Positions 1 through 9,717 of a DNA stretch of 64,000 bases are shown piece by piece. The position numbers were made by a program, and so were the translations under genes. The stretch is from Alphaproteobacteria bacterium (GTDB lineage: Bacteria; Pseudomonadota; Alphaproteobacteria; Rhizobiales; BM303), in assembly GCA_024275895.1 (NCBI GenBank), contig JAJRYE010000006.1, positions 26,139 to 90,138 of the forward strand, written 5' to 3'. Below the pieces are notes generated by a model. That model was not told where the DNA came from. It ran no database searches and was given only the letters and a program-made list of their open reading frames with translations. How positions within the stretch are numbered: position 1 is the first letter of the stretch; the number at the start of each line of letters is the position of its first letter.

Positions 1-974
1 CGGCGGCGCACCCTCAAACCGAGATTGCGGCGCTGACGGCCAACACCCATGCCGGCAAGACGATGGGAGAGGTTTTTCCGCATCTGGCCGGTCTTGACCT
101 GCCAAAGCTGACCAGGATTGACGATGCCGACTGGGGAAAACTTGATGCTGTGTTTTGCGGCCTTCCCCACGGCACCACACAAGATGTGATTGCCGCTTTG
201 CCGGAACAGGTGAAAGTTATCGACATGTCGGCGGATTTCCGCCTGCGCGATGTGGAAACCTATGCCAGATGGTATGGCCATGAGCACCGGGCGCCGGAAT
301 TGCAAAAAATGGCCGTTTACGGCCAGTCGGAGCATTACCGCGGCGAGATTTCCAGGGCGCGGCTGGTGGCCTGTCCCGGCTGTTACCCGACAGCGGCGCT
401 GTTGCTGCTGCTACCGCTGATGGGGGCGGGGCTGATCGGGGAAAACCGGCTGATTATCGACGCCAAATCGGGCGTTTCAGGCGCTGGGCGCGGCCTGAAG
501 CAAAATACGCTGTTTTGCGAGGCGGGCGAGGGGCTTGCCCCTTACGCCGTCGCGGCGCATCGCCATGCGCCCGAGATCGAGCAGGAAATCTCTAGAGCCG
601 CCGCCAGGGATTTGAATATTACCTTCACGCCGCATCTGGTCCCCATGAGCCGGGGGGAGTTGCTCACCGTTTATGCCGATCTGAATGAGGGCGTAGGCGC
701 GGCTGATGTGCGGGTGCATCTGGAAGCGCGTTATCGAAACGAGCCCTTCGTGCGGGTTGTGCCTGAAGGCGTAATTCCCGGCACGAGCCATGTGCGCGGT
801 TCCAATTTTTGTCTTATTGGCGTTTTTGCCGACCGGGTGCCGGGCCGCATCATTCTTGTCTCCACTCTGGATAATCTGGTCAAGGGCTCATCGGGGCAGG
901 CGCTGCAAAACATGAATCTGATGTTCGGGCTGGATGAAACAACAGGGCTTGGCCAGCAAGCGCTGTTTCCGTAA
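1..974 (+). CDS. argC: N-acetyl-gamma-glutamyl-phosphate reductase, 5' end cut by window edge
   Basis: Frame is open from the window edge (..TEIAALTANTHAGKTMGEVFPHL..), so the ATG at 63 is internal. Active-site region LVACPGCYPTAALL and C-terminal STLDNLVKGSSGQALQNMNLMFG are ArgC hallmarks. Confidence 0.9.
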   Translation, partial: AAHPQTEIAALTANTHAGKTMGEVFPHLAGLDLPKLTRIDDADWGKLDAVFCGLPHGTTQDVIAALPEQVKVIDMSADFRLRDVETYARWYGHEHRAPELQKMAVYGQSEHYRGEISRARLVACPGCYPTAALLLLLPLMGAGLIGENRLIIDAKSGVSGAGRGLKQNTLFCEAGEGLAPYAVAAHRHAPEIEQEISRAAARDLNITFTPHLVPMSRGELLTVYADLNEGVGAADVRVHLEARYRNEPFVRVVPEGVIPGTSHVRGSNFCLIGVFADRVPGRIILVSTLDNLVKGSSGQALQNMNLMFGLDETTGLGQQALFP

Positions 975-1262
975 GAAGTCGGCCCGTTGGCTCATGCCTT
1001 CAACGCATTGAAAAAGCTGGAATAAATTTATTATTCAACCATAAATAGTAAACAACAAGAATAGGTAGTTGTATTTACGTGAAAATTAAGTAGTTATTGC
1101 GACTATTCATTGTTTGAGTCGAGGGGTAATCTGTCGCTCCCTAAGGTAAATCTCTCTAATTATCATATTATCAGTGTTAACTCTTAATAAGTAAATGATC
1201 GTTTACTGTCCTTGAAGATAAAATTTCATGAGCGATGAAGTTGTTTTCGAGGGGTAAATTCA

Positions 1263-2987
1263 ATGACAATAAAGACCAAGATTCTTTTGGCTTTCGGAGT
1301 GATTTTCATTTCGATTGTCGTCTCTTTCGCGATGATCATCATCCATATCATTTCACAAGGCCGGGAGCTTGAGGCCATGAGTGCGGAGGTGAGCAAAACT
1401 TCTTCCGCATCCGTGCCGCTGCTCAAGGCTATTGATGGTCTGCAAATGGATGTCGTGCAGGTGCAGCAATGGCTGACCGATATCTCGGCAACCCGGGCTT
1501 TGTCGGGGCTTGATGATGGTCTGGCGGAGGCAAAAAAGGCGGCGGACAAATTCAAGGTTGATTTGCAAAAGGCGCGCAAATTTGCCGGAGCGCTCGACTT
1601 GCACGATGTAATCAAGTCGCTTGACGACGCCAATGAGAAATTTGGCCCCTATTACAGTACCGGGGTGAAAATGGCCAATGTCTATATCAAGAGCGGGCCG
1701 GAGGAGGGCAACAAGATGATGTCGTCTTTTGACGCGGTGGCCGAGGAGATCGGCGGGGCGCTTGAAACGCTTATCGCATCCGTCGAAAAGGAGACAATCC
1801 GGCAGTTGGACCTATTGTCCAGACAGTCTTCCGAGTTGAAAGCGCGCAACAGCAGCATTGTCAGGGAGATGCTGCTTGAGATGGCGTTTGTCCTCCTCTT
1901 CATCGCCGGCGTCAGTATTTATCTGTTTATGACCATCAGGCGCAATTTCAATCATCTGCTGGACGACCTGGCTGTTGTCATGAACAAGGACACCGAAACG
2001 CCGCTTGAAACCAATCCCGAAGGAAAAGACGAGTTTGCCGCCGTTGGCCGTTCTCTGGTGGTTTTCCGCCAGACGCTGGCGGAGGTCGAACAGATGACGC
2101 GGCGCGAGGAAGAGCTGAAACGTAAAGCCGAAGAAGAAAGATGCGCCATGATACATCAACTGGCGGACAGTTTTGACGCCAGTGTCGGCGGGATTATCGA
2201 AACCGTATCCTCCGCCTCGGCCGAACTCAATGCCACCGCCAAATCCATGTCGGGTATTGCCGAGGAAACCAGAAGCCAGTCCGCGGCTGTATCTGTCGCT
2301 TCAGAGGAGGCGGCGGCCAATGTGCAAACGGTGGCGGCGGCATCGGAGGAAATGTCAAGCTCAATTGCCGAGATCAACCAGCAGGTCAATCATGCCTCGC
2401 ATTCGGCCAAGCAGGCTGTGGTGGAGGTTGACAAGACCGGCGCCCAGATCGAAACCCTGGCCGATACCGCTGACAAGATCTCCGATGTCATCGGCATGAT
2501 TTCCGATATTGCCGAGCAGACCAATCTTCTGGCCCTCAACGCCACGATTGAATCGGCCAGGGCCGGCGAGGCTGGCAAGGGCTTTGCCGTGGTCGCCAGC
2601 GAGGTCAAGGGGCTGGCCGGGCAGACCGCAAAGGCAACCGAGGAAATTATCGCCCAGGTCAATGAGATTCAAAACGCCACCAAACAGGCGGTGGTGTCCA
2701 TAGACGGTATCGGCAAGATCGTCCGGCAGGTTGACGAAACATCGGCCGCCATCGCGGCAGCGATAGAGGAGCAGGGCTCGGCCACGCAGGAAATCGCCCG
2801 TAATGTGCAAGAAGCCGCTGCGGGCACCGGGGAGGTCACTCGCAACATTTCCGGTGTCAGCGAAGCCTCGCAGGAGGCGGGCGCGGCTTCCATGCAGGTG
2901 ATGTCGGCGGCTGACGAGCTTTCGCGCCAGTCGGAAAAGCTCAGAACCGAGGTTGGTGTCTTTATCAAGCAAATCCGTACCGGCTAA
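1263..2987 (+). CDS. Methyl-accepting chemotaxis protein, transmembrane with periplasmic sensor region
   Basis: TM1 [23 protein letters not shown], a periplasmic stretch of about 190 aa, TM2 [17 protein letters not shown] and a HAMP-like linker. Conserved signalling hairpin [35 protein letters not shown]. Confidence 0.9.
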   Translation: MTIKTKILLAFGVIFISIVVSFAMIIIHIISQGRELEAMSAEVSKTSSASVPLLKAIDGLQMDVVQVQQWLTDISATRALSGLDDGLAEAKKAADKFKVDLQKARKFAGALDLHDVIKSLDDANEKFGPYYSTGVKMANVYIKSGPEEGNKMMSSFDAVAEEIGGALETLIASVEKETIRQLDLLSRQSSELKARNSSIVREMLLEMAFVLLFIAGVSIYLFMTIRRNFNHLLDDLAVVMNKDTETPLETNPEGKDEFAAVGRSLVVFRQTLAEVEQMTRREEELKRKAEEERCAMIHQLADSFDASVGGIIETVSSASAELNATAKSMSGIAEETRSQSAAVSVASEEAAANVQTVAAASEEMSSSIAEINQQVNHASHSAKQAVVEVDKTGAQIETLADTADKISDVIGMISDIAEQTNLLALNATIESARAGEAGKGFAVVASEVKGLAGQTAKATEEIIAQVNEIQNATKQAVVSIDGIGKIVRQVDETSAAIAAAIEEQGSATQEIARNVQEAAAGTGEVTRNISGVSEASQEAGAASMQVMSAADELSRQSEKLRTEVGVFIKQIRTG

Positions 2988-3072
2988 AGCCGGACCGGGT
3001 GCGCTGTGTTTGCGGGGCGCGTATCACCTCCAGCTCCCAATATCGCTTCTTGACAGACGGAGCGGGTTTTCT

Positions 3073-3108
3073 GGGCGGCCTTGAAAAAGGTCGCCCATGT
3101 TATTTTTA
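3073..3108 (+). terminator. Candidate rho-independent terminator downstream of the first MCP gene
   Basis: GGGCGGCC-ttgaaaaa-GGTCGCCC stem-loop (one G-U pair) followed by atgTTATTTTT, about 85 nt after the MCP stop. Confidence 0.35.
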
Positions 3109-3539
3109 GGAGAACAAGCGGGCCCGCAAGGCGACGCGGCACTAAAAGAGGCACAGCGCGACACCCGTAAAGGTTGAGCTGCTGTGGTGGCCGAGGCGGG
3201 GGTAAACCGGTAAATTATATGACTTCGCCTAAAAACGCACAATAACAGTAATCAAAATATAATTATACAAGTAAAATAATGCAACTATTAGTAGAAACGT
3301 GTAAAAGCGATAAATAGGTGAGAGTACCATACCTTTCTAGGGGGCCGCTTGAGTATAGACATAGCAATTAACCATTTTGTCATTTGTAGTTGTTACTCGT
3401 AACTAGGCAGAGCTGATTTAAATCTGTTTTTGGGGGCGGGGAAATGCGTTTGCAGCCGTTTCCCGGTGGTATTCAAAATTACGGGAGTATCGGAATAAAT
3501 TTTTCAAAACACTGAACTCAGAGAACTATAGGGGTCATT

Positions 3540-4091
3540 ATGAGTGAAAAGATTACACCGACAGGTAAGGAAAGGTTTTTCGGCGATGATGATATCATTG
3601 TCTCCAAGACCGATCTTAAAGGGCGTATTACCTACGCCAACAAAGTCTTCCTGAATATTTCGGGATATGCCGAATCAGAAGTTCTGGGGCAGCCGCATAG
3701 CCTGATCCGCCACCCGGAAATGCCCAGATGCATTTTCAAGCTTCTGTGGGATACCATTCAGAGCGGGCAGGAGGTTTTTGCCTATGTCAACAACCTCAGC
3801 AAATGCGGCGAGAATTACTGGGTCTATGCCCATGTCACGCCAAGCTTTGACGCCTCCGGTCAAATTATCGGTTATCATTCCAACCGACGGGTACCGGACC
3901 GCAGGATCCTTGAAGAAGCGATCATACCGCTTTACACGGAGCTGAAAGCCGCCGAGCAGCAGAACGGCAACCGGAAGGAGGGGCTGAAAGCCTCTCAATC
4001 CATGGTCGCGGCCTATCTGGCCGAACGCTCCCTGGCCTATGACGAGTTCATTTTAACGGTCGGTCAGCAAAAGCGCCGCGGTTACCGGTAG
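3540..4091 (+). CDS. Stand-alone PAS domain protein (Aer-type sensory PAS)
   Basis: 183 aa, no TM segment and no output domain. PAS core [33 protein letters not shown]...[11 protein letters not shown] resembles the N-terminal PAS of aerotaxis receptors. Confidence 0.85.
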   Translation: MSEKITPTGKERFFGDDDIIVSKTDLKGRITYANKVFLNISGYAESEVLGQPHSLIRHPEMPRCIFKLLWDTIQSGQEVFAYVNNLSKCGENYWVYAHVTPSFDASGQIIGYHSNRRVPDRRILEEAIIPLYTELKAAEQQNGNRKEGLKASQSMVAAYLAERSLAYDEFILTVGQQKRRGYR

Positions 4092-4159
4092 GGGGCGAAG
4101 GCTTCCACCGGGCCAGTGAACTTCTCTGTAAAGCTGCTTATTTTTCAAGGAATGACATT

Positions 4160-5323
4160 ATGATGACGATCTCCAGAAACCGTAAAGCCATTAACAAGGC
4201 GCGCGCCGTTTGCGAGGCGGTTGCCGCCGGTAATTTTGAATCCCGTATCCTGAACATCACCGAAAAGGGTGATCTTGGCGAATTGATGCATGCCATCAAT
4301 ATGATGATCGACCGGACCGATGCATATATGCGCGAGTCCAAGGCCTGTCTTGATTACGTCGGCCGCAACCAGTATTTCCGCCTTATTATCGAGAAAGGCA
4401 TGGTAGGCTCATTTCGCGAGGCGGCTGAAAGCATCAACAAGGCCACATGGAAAATGAAGCTGCGCAATGATGAATTTGGCACCATGTGCACGCGGTTTGA
4501 AGACCAGATGCAAGAGACGGTGGAATCGGTTTCAACATCGGTTGAGGATTTAAAAACAGTATCGCTTACCATTAACCAGACTTCAAGCGAGGCCAATGAG
4601 CAATCGACCATTGTCGCGGCGGGGGCCGAAGAAGCCTCGGTCAACATGCAGGGAGTCTCGGCGGCGACAGAAGAGCTCACCAGCGCCATCGGCGAGATCA
4701 ACCGCCAGGTTGTGCAATCGGTTGATATCACTTCAGACGCGGTGAAAAAATCGGAACAGATGAGCCGTCAGATCGGAAGTCTCGCCAAGTCATCACAAAC
4801 AATCGATGACGTGGTTGAACTGATCAACGATATCGCGGCGCAGACCAATCTTCTGGCGCTCAATGCCACCATCGAAGCGGCGCGTGCCGGGGAGGCCGGC
4901 AAGGGCTTTGCGGTTGTGGCGCAAGAGGTGAAAAGCTTGGCCGGACAAACGGCGAGGGCAACCGAGGATATCAAAAACCAGATCGCCAGTATTCAGAACG
5001 CCACCGCCAAGGCGGTCACGGGCAACAAGGAAATTATCAAGACGATTGCGAGTGTGAACGAGATTTCCACCACCATCGCCTCCGCGGTCGAGGAACAAAG
5101 TGCCGCCACCGGTGAGATTGCGCGCAATGTCGGCGAAGCGGCGAAGGGCACCAGCGAAGTCAGCTCCAGCGTTATCCATATCAGCGATCTGACCGGCGAA
5201 ACCCGACAGGTGGCGGAAAAAGTTACCGAATCTTCAACCGAGCTTTCGGCTCAGGGCGATATCCTGCGCCAGCTGCGCGATGAGATGCATGAGTTTCTTG
5301 TCACGATCCAGAAGGTCGGGTGA
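4160..5323 (+). CDS. Soluble (cytoplasmic) methyl-accepting chemotaxis protein
   Basis: No hydrophobic segments. N-terminal helical linker [38 protein letters not shown], then signalling hairpin [36 protein letters not shown]. Starts 68 nt after the PAS gene with no terminator in between. Confidence 0.9.
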   Translation: MMTISRNRKAINKARAVCEAVAAGNFESRILNITEKGDLGELMHAINMMIDRTDAYMRESKACLDYVGRNQYFRLIIEKGMVGSFREAAESINKATWKMKLRNDEFGTMCTRFEDQMQETVESVSTSVEDLKTVSLTINQTSSEANEQSTIVAAGAEEASVNMQGVSAATEELTSAIGEINRQVVQSVDITSDAVKKSEQMSRQIGSLAKSSQTIDDVVELINDIAAQTNLLALNATIEAARAGEAGKGFAVVAQEVKSLAGQTARATEDIKNQIASIQNATAKAVTGNKEIIKTIASVNEISTTIASAVEEQSAATGEIARNVGEAAKGTSEVSSSVIHISDLTGETRQVAEKVTESSTELSAQGDILRQLRDEMHEFLVTIQKVG

Positions 5324-5374
5324 TGAAACTTCCTGTCAACTGCATCCGGTTACGGCGCGTCTGACGCCCAAGCA

Positions 5375-5409
5375 CAAAAAAGCCCGGACACATATGCCGG
5401 GCTTTTTTC
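5375..5409. terminator. Bidirectional rho-independent terminator between convergent genes
   Basis: AAAAAA-AGCCCGG-acacatatg-CCGGGCT-TTTTT. A-run and T-run flank a 7-bp GC stem between the MCP (+) and the DUF2852-like gene (-). Confidence 0.75.
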
Positions 5410-5424
5410 GGGGCGGGAAACCTT

Positions 5425-5853
5425 TTATGAAGTCCCGGGATTGTTTTTCCGCTTCATGAAGCTTTCAAACTCTTCCGCGTCGCGGGCGCGGCGAAGCTCG
5501 CGCATGAACTCGGTGAATTCGCGTTCTTCTTCCCTCAGGCGCTCCTTGCGCCGGCGGTGCTCCTCTTCGAGTTTGCGCAGGGTCTCCTTGCGGTACTCGT
5601 CGAAAGCATGATTGCCGGTGGCGCTGTGAAAGCTTTCCGGGCGATAGCTCTCGCGGGCGCTGGTGAATTCAGACTTGATATTCTGCCAGTGCCTGTCTAT
5701 TTCCATGCGGTCTCCCCACAGGATATAAGCCAGCATGGCCAGACCGAGCGGCCAGAACACGACAAAACCCGCAACCATCAGAATCGTATTCAGGGGCGTC
5801 CATTTGCCGCGCGAGGTGCATTTGCCAAAATTTGCCGTTCCGGACCGTGTCAT
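5425..5853 (-). CDS. Small membrane protein with charged coiled C-terminus (DUF2852-like)
   Basis: One TM (ILMVAGFVVFWPLGLAMLAYILWG) followed by an R/E-rich helix (LRKLEEEHRRRKERLREEEREFTEFMRELRRARD). The family name is from memory of similar alphaproteobacterial proteins. Confidence 0.6.
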   Translation of the reverse strand: MTRSGTANFGKCTSRGKWTPLNTILMVAGFVVFWPLGLAMLAYILWGDRMEIDRHWQNIKSEFTSARESYRPESFHSATGNHAFDEYRKETLRKLEEEHRRRKERLREEEREFTEFMRELRRARDAEEFESFMKRKNNPGTS

Positions 5854-6059
5854 GGATCAAACTCCCGTTGTTGCTGATAACTAGGATGTAGGCATATCGG
5901 GAGGGTTTTCAAGTCCGGGAGCGGAGCGGCGGGATTAAACATATTCTAAATTGATAATCAAAAGTGAATCGAATCATTAAAAATCACCGGCTTGCTTTCA
6001 TGGGGATTTAGGATGAGTATCGTATGTTTCTGCTGCAATATAAAAACATGGAGGCAGGA

Positions 6060-6686
6060 ATGCGCAGAGTGAGCTTGTTAGGACTGGTATTCGGCATATT
6101 GTTGTGGCTGCCCGGCGGCGCCCAGGCAAGTGTCGTGGCAAAGATCAATAAATCGACGCAGACCATGGATGTTTACGTCAACGGCGTCAAAAAACATACA
6201 TGGAAGGTGTCAACCGGACGGCGGGGCTATAACACGCCGGTCGGGCAGTGGCGGCCCAAATGGCTGTCACGCATGCATTACTCGCGCAAGTACAACAACT
6301 CGCCGATGCCTTATTCGATCTTCTACAAGGGCGGTTTTGCCATTCACGGCACCAATTATGTCAAGCGTCTGGGGCGGCGCGCCTCGCATGGCTGCGTGCG
6401 CCTTCGCACTTCAAATGCCAGGATTTTATTCTCGCTGGTGCGCAAATACGGCAAAAACAAAACCAAAATTATCGTCGCCAACTCTTCAGGTTCCGGCAAG
6501 GCTGCCAGCAAACCGGCAAAAAAGAAAAAATGGCGCAAAAAAACGCTCAAGCGCAAGATTGTTGCCGTGGAGCCGGCAGAACCGGTGAAGGCCGATCAGC
6601 GGGTGCGCGTAATCCTCAGCGACGATTTTCCGCGCCGCGAGGTTCTTACCGAGGCCAGAACAATTATTCGCGGTCCGCTGCTGTAA
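6060..6686 (+). CDS. L,D-transpeptidase (YkuD family), secreted
   Basis: Catalytic motif HGTNYVKRLGRRASHGCVRLR. Signal peptide MRRVSLLGLVFGILLWLPGGAQA sits behind a GGAGG RBS, so ATG 6060 is preferred to the ORF-track start 6024. Lys-rich C-terminal tail. Confidence 0.85.
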   Translation: MRRVSLLGLVFGILLWLPGGAQASVVAKINKSTQTMDVYVNGVKKHTWKVSTGRRGYNTPVGQWRPKWLSRMHYSRKYNNSPMPYSIFYKGGFAIHGTNYVKRLGRRASHGCVRLRTSNARILFSLVRKYGKNKTKIIVANSSGSGKAASKPAKKKKWRKKTLKRKIVAVEPAEPVKADQRVRVILSDDFPRREVLTEARTIIRGPLL

Positions 6687-6713
6687 TCACCAGCCCGGAT
6701 GAATGCACAAAGA

Positions 6714-6748
6714 GCCCGCATGGCGAAAAACCCGGCGGGTTTTTTATT
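6714..6748 (+). terminator. Candidate rho-independent terminator after the L,D-transpeptidase gene
   Basis: CCCGC...GCGGG stem (6715-6719 / 6735-6739) followed by TTTTTTATT. Confidence 0.4.
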
Positions 6749-6788
6749 GTGCGGCGATATGGTTTGACTTGACGTTGAGGATGAGATA

Positions 6789-6803
6789 GAACAAAAAAGG
6801 AAC
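6789..6803 (+). promoter_or_regulatory. Alphaproteobacterial LexA (SOS) box upstream of ssb
   Basis: Exact direct repeat GAAC-aaaaaag-GAAC (GAAC-N7-GAAC), 144 nt upstream of the ssb ATG. Confidence 0.55.
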
Positions 6804-6946
6804 AGAGACTCCTGTATATGCGGGTTGCAGCTATAAGGAGCTGTGGAAAAAGCAGGCCTGCTGCTGGCTGTTGCCTTGAAAATCTCTTAGGGTGGCGGGC
6901 TAGAGCGGCAGGGTTTATCAATCTCCTCATCTGGAAAGGGCGCAAA

Positions 6947-7432
6947 ATGGCGGGTAGTGTCAACAAGGTAATTCTCATCGGCAATCTGGGGGCTGATCCG
7001 GAAGTGCGGCATATGCAAGATGGCCGTCCGGTGGTGAATCTGTCGGTTGCAACAACCGATAGCTGGAAGGACCGCAATACCGGCGAGCGCCGCGAGCGGA
7101 CCGAATGGCACAGGGTGGTGATTTTCAGCGAGGGGCTGGCCCGGATCGCCGAGCAATACCTGCACAAGGGCTCCAAGATTTATCTTGAAGGCCAGTTGCA
7201 AACCCGCAAATGGCAGGACCAGAACGGCAATGACAAATACACGACCGAGATTGTTCTGCAGGGCTTCAACAGTACCTTGACAATGCTCGATTCGCGCAGC
7301 GGCGGCGGCGCGAGGGAAAAAAACGGCGGCTATGGATCAGGAGGAGAAGGCGCTTCAGGTTCTGGGTCTTCTGGCGGCTCACGCGAGAGCGGCGGTTTTA
7401 CCCCGGATATGGATGACGAAATTCCATTCTGA
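6947..7432 (+). CDS. ssb: Single-stranded DNA-binding protein
   Basis: [21 protein letters not shown]...[11 protein letters not shown]-fold, Gly/Ser-rich linker and acidic tip [11 protein letters not shown] 6947 is used instead of the upstream ORF-track start 6818. Confidence 0.95.
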   Translation: MAGSVNKVILIGNLGADPEVRHMQDGRPVVNLSVATTDSWKDRNTGERRERTEWHRVVIFSEGLARIAEQYLHKGSKIYLEGQLQTRKWQDQNGNDKYTTEIVLQGFNSTLTMLDSRSGGGAREKNGGYGSGGEGASGSGSSGGSRESGGFTPDMDDEIPF

Positions 7433-7540
7433 GTCTGGAATGCCCGGTGTTTGGAAAGGATTGTTTTTCCAAAACATCCAACTCCGGCTTCTGCCATGAG
7501 GGGGGCTGACTTGCAATGTGCTGCCACGGAGCGGGCTTTG

Positions 7541-8815
7541 TCAGGTTTTCAGATTTCGTCCTTTTACCACCGCCTTGTCGCCAAATTTCTGGCGCAGTTC
7601 CGATACGGCGAGTTCGGCCTCGATTCTTTTTGTCCATTGCGGGTCAAGGAGGTCCCGGGGCCGCCCGCCGCTTCCCGGCACCAGCTTGCTGATCCCGGCG
7701 CCCAGCAGTCTGTAGGAGGCGCCGTGCGCTTCGTTTTGCAAACAGGGTAGCAGAGCGCCAAACATCACTTCCGCCAGTTGTGTTGCCTCATCAAGGGTTT
7801 TGCTGCGGGTAAGGGTTTGAAAGCCGCGCGTTTTCAGCTTCAGCGTTACGGTCTTGCCGGACAAATTGGCCTTTCGCGCCCGGCTTGCGACCTGCTCGCA
7901 TAAGGGCCACAACACCGCCTCAAGGGTTGACAGATCGCTGATATCCTCATCGAATGTCGTCTCATGGCTGATGCTTTTGATTTCCGAAACCGGCGAAATT
8001 TGCCGGTCATCCTCGCCGCGCGCCAGATGATAGAGGCGCAGCCCCATCTGGCCGTAGGATTTGGCCAGCGAGGATAAGTCCATGGCCTGGAGCTGGCCGA
8101 TGGTGGTAATCCCGTCGCGCGCCAGCCTGAAGCGCAGGGCCTTGCCGACGCCCCAGATCAGGCTCACGGGCCGGGGGGCCAGAAAGCCACGTGCCCCGGC
8201 CTTGCCGATGATGCAAAAGCCGCGCGGTTTGTTCATATCCGAGGCCACCTTGGCGAGGAATTTGTTATAGCTCAGGCCGACCGAGACCGTGATGCCGATT
8301 TGCGCCTCAATCCGGCCGGCCAGTTTGGCCATGGTGAGGGCGGGGCTGGTGCCATGCAATTTTGCCGTTCCACCCAGATCAAGAAAGGCCTCATCGATGG
8401 ATATGGGTTCAACCAGCGGCGTGAGCTCACGCATCAAGGTGCGGATTTGCCGCCCGGTTTCGGTGTATTTGCGCATCTGCGGTTTGATGATCACCGCCTC
8501 CGGGCACAGTTGGCGCGCCTTGAACAGCGGCATGGCGGAGTGCACGCCGCTCAGGCGGGCGATATAGCAGGCCGTTGCCACAACACCGCGTCGGCCGCCG
8601 CCAATGATCACCGGTTTGTTTTCAAGCTCCGGATTGTCGCGCTTTTCCACCGCGGCGTAAAAGGCGTCGCAATCCATATGGGCGATGCTCAACTCATGCA
8701 GTTCCGGGTGATTGGCAATGCGCGGGCTGGCGCATTGCGGGCAGCGGGCCTTGCCGCCGCTGATGGTGAAGCAATCGCGGCAAAAACCGCCCGTTGTATT
8801 GTCCCGCTCACTCAT
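7541..8815 (-). CDS. dinB: DNA polymerase IV (Y-family) with N-terminal Cys4 zinc-ribbon extension
   Basis: IAHMDCDAFYAAVEKRDNPEL, SIDEAFLD and a little-finger region. N-terminal FCRDC-x9-CPQC. The start MSERD at 8815 overlaps the upstream ROK gene stop by 8 nt (ATGAGTGA). Confidence 0.9.
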   Translation of the reverse strand: MSERDNTTGGFCRDCFTISGGKARCPQCASPRIANHPELHELSIAHMDCDAFYAAVEKRDNPELENKPVIIGGGRRGVVATACYIARLSGVHSAMPLFKARQLCPEAVIIKPQMRKYTETGRQIRTLMRELTPLVEPISIDEAFLDLGGTAKLHGTSPALTMAKLAGRIEAQIGITVSVGLSYNKFLAKVASDMNKPRGFCIIGKAGARGFLAPRPVSLIWGVGKALRFRLARDGITTIGQLQAMDLSSLAKSYGQMGLRLYHLARGEDDRQISPVSEIKSISHETTFDEDISDLSTLEAVLWPLCEQVASRARKANLSGKTVTLKLKTRGFQTLTRSKTLDEATQLAEVMFGALLPCLQNEAHGASYRLLGAGISKLVPGSGGRPRDLLDPQWTKRIEAELAVSELRQKFGDKAVVKGRNLKT

Positions 8816-9716
8816 TCCACAGCCAGGCCGCGCCGCGCACGCCGCTGGCGTTGCCGAAGCGGGGCGGAACAATCAGCGGATTTGGCTTGTCGGAAAATAT
8901 CCACGGCGTCATCAATCGGGGCAGTTCGGTATAAAGATGCTTCATATCCGAAAGCCCGCCGCCCAGAACAATAATTTCCGGATCGATGATATTGGTAATG
9001 AGGGCCAGTCCGCGCGCCAGCCTTGAGGCGTGAAGATCAAGGGTTTGTTTTGAACGCCCGTCCCCCTTTGCCGCCAGGGCAACAATTTGCGGCGGAGTTA
9101 AATCTTCCCCCGTGCGCCGTTCATGATCCGCCGCCATGGCGGGGCCCGATATCCAGGTTTCAAGACAGCCCCTGCGCCCGCACCAGCACTCCGGGCCGGG
9201 AAACTCGTCCTTGCTCATCCAGGGCAGGGGGATGTGTCCCCATTCGCCAGATGTTGCGTGCGGTCCGCTCAGGAGCCTGCCATTGATCACAACGCCGCCG
9301 CCGCAGCCAGTGCCGAGAATTACCCCGAATACTGATCTTTTGCCCGCTCCGGCCCCGTCGGTGGCTTCCGACAAGGCAAAACAATCGGCGTCGTTGGCCA
9401 GGCGTACAGGCGCGCCGAGCGCATTTTGCAAATCCTCCGGCAGGGGTTTGCCATTCAGCCAGGTTGAATTGGCGTTCTGCATCACGCCGGTTTGCGGCGA
9501 GACCGAGCCGGGGGCGCCGATGCCGATTGTGGCGGATTGCGCGGTTTTGTCTTTCATCTCCCTGACAAGATCACAAATCGCGTCAAGGGTGGCGCCGTAA
9601 TCATGTCGCGGTGCGGCGATGCGGCGTTCGGCCAGAACCGTGTTTTGCGCATCAAGCGCGATGGCGGCGATTTTGGTGCCGCCCAGATCAATGCCTATTC
9701 GCGTCAGCCGGCTCAT
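8808..9716 (-). CDS. ROK-family sugar kinase (Mak/YajF fructokinase-like)
   Basis: IGIDLGGTKIAAIAL, NANSTWLNGKPL, RLANDADCFALSEA, GEWGHIPLPW, Zn motif CWCGRRGCLETWISG, and C-terminal GVRGAAWLW. Confidence 0.85.
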   Translation of the reverse strand: MSRLTRIGIDLGGTKIAAIALDAQNTVLAERRIAAPRHDYGATLDAICDLVREMKDKTAQSATIGIGAPGSVSPQTGVMQNANSTWLNGKPLPEDLQNALGAPVRLANDADCFALSEATDGAGAGKRSVFGVILGTGCGGGVVINGRLLSGPHATSGEWGHIPLPWMSKDEFPGPECWCGRRGCLETWISGPAMAADHERRTGEDLTPPQIVALAAKGDGRSKQTLDLHASRLARGLALITNIIDPEIIVLGGGLSDMKHLYTELPRLMTPWIFSDKPNPLIVPPRFGNASGVRGAAWLWNE

Positions 9717-9717
9717 T

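Noticed and set aside
3024-3242. 72-aa minus-strand ORF in the long MCP-PAS spacer
   Set aside because: There is no RBS, and the composition is odd (Ser/Ala/Pro/Cys-rich with no hydrophobic core). It overlaps the candidate terminator, so it is probably non-coding.
6130-6772. Two alternative-frame ORFs (152 and 174 aa) overlapping the L,D-transpeptidase gene
   Set aside because: They are same-strand out-of-frame ORFs with R/Q/A-rich nonsense-like translations. The YkuD frame has the catalytic motif and a signal peptide.
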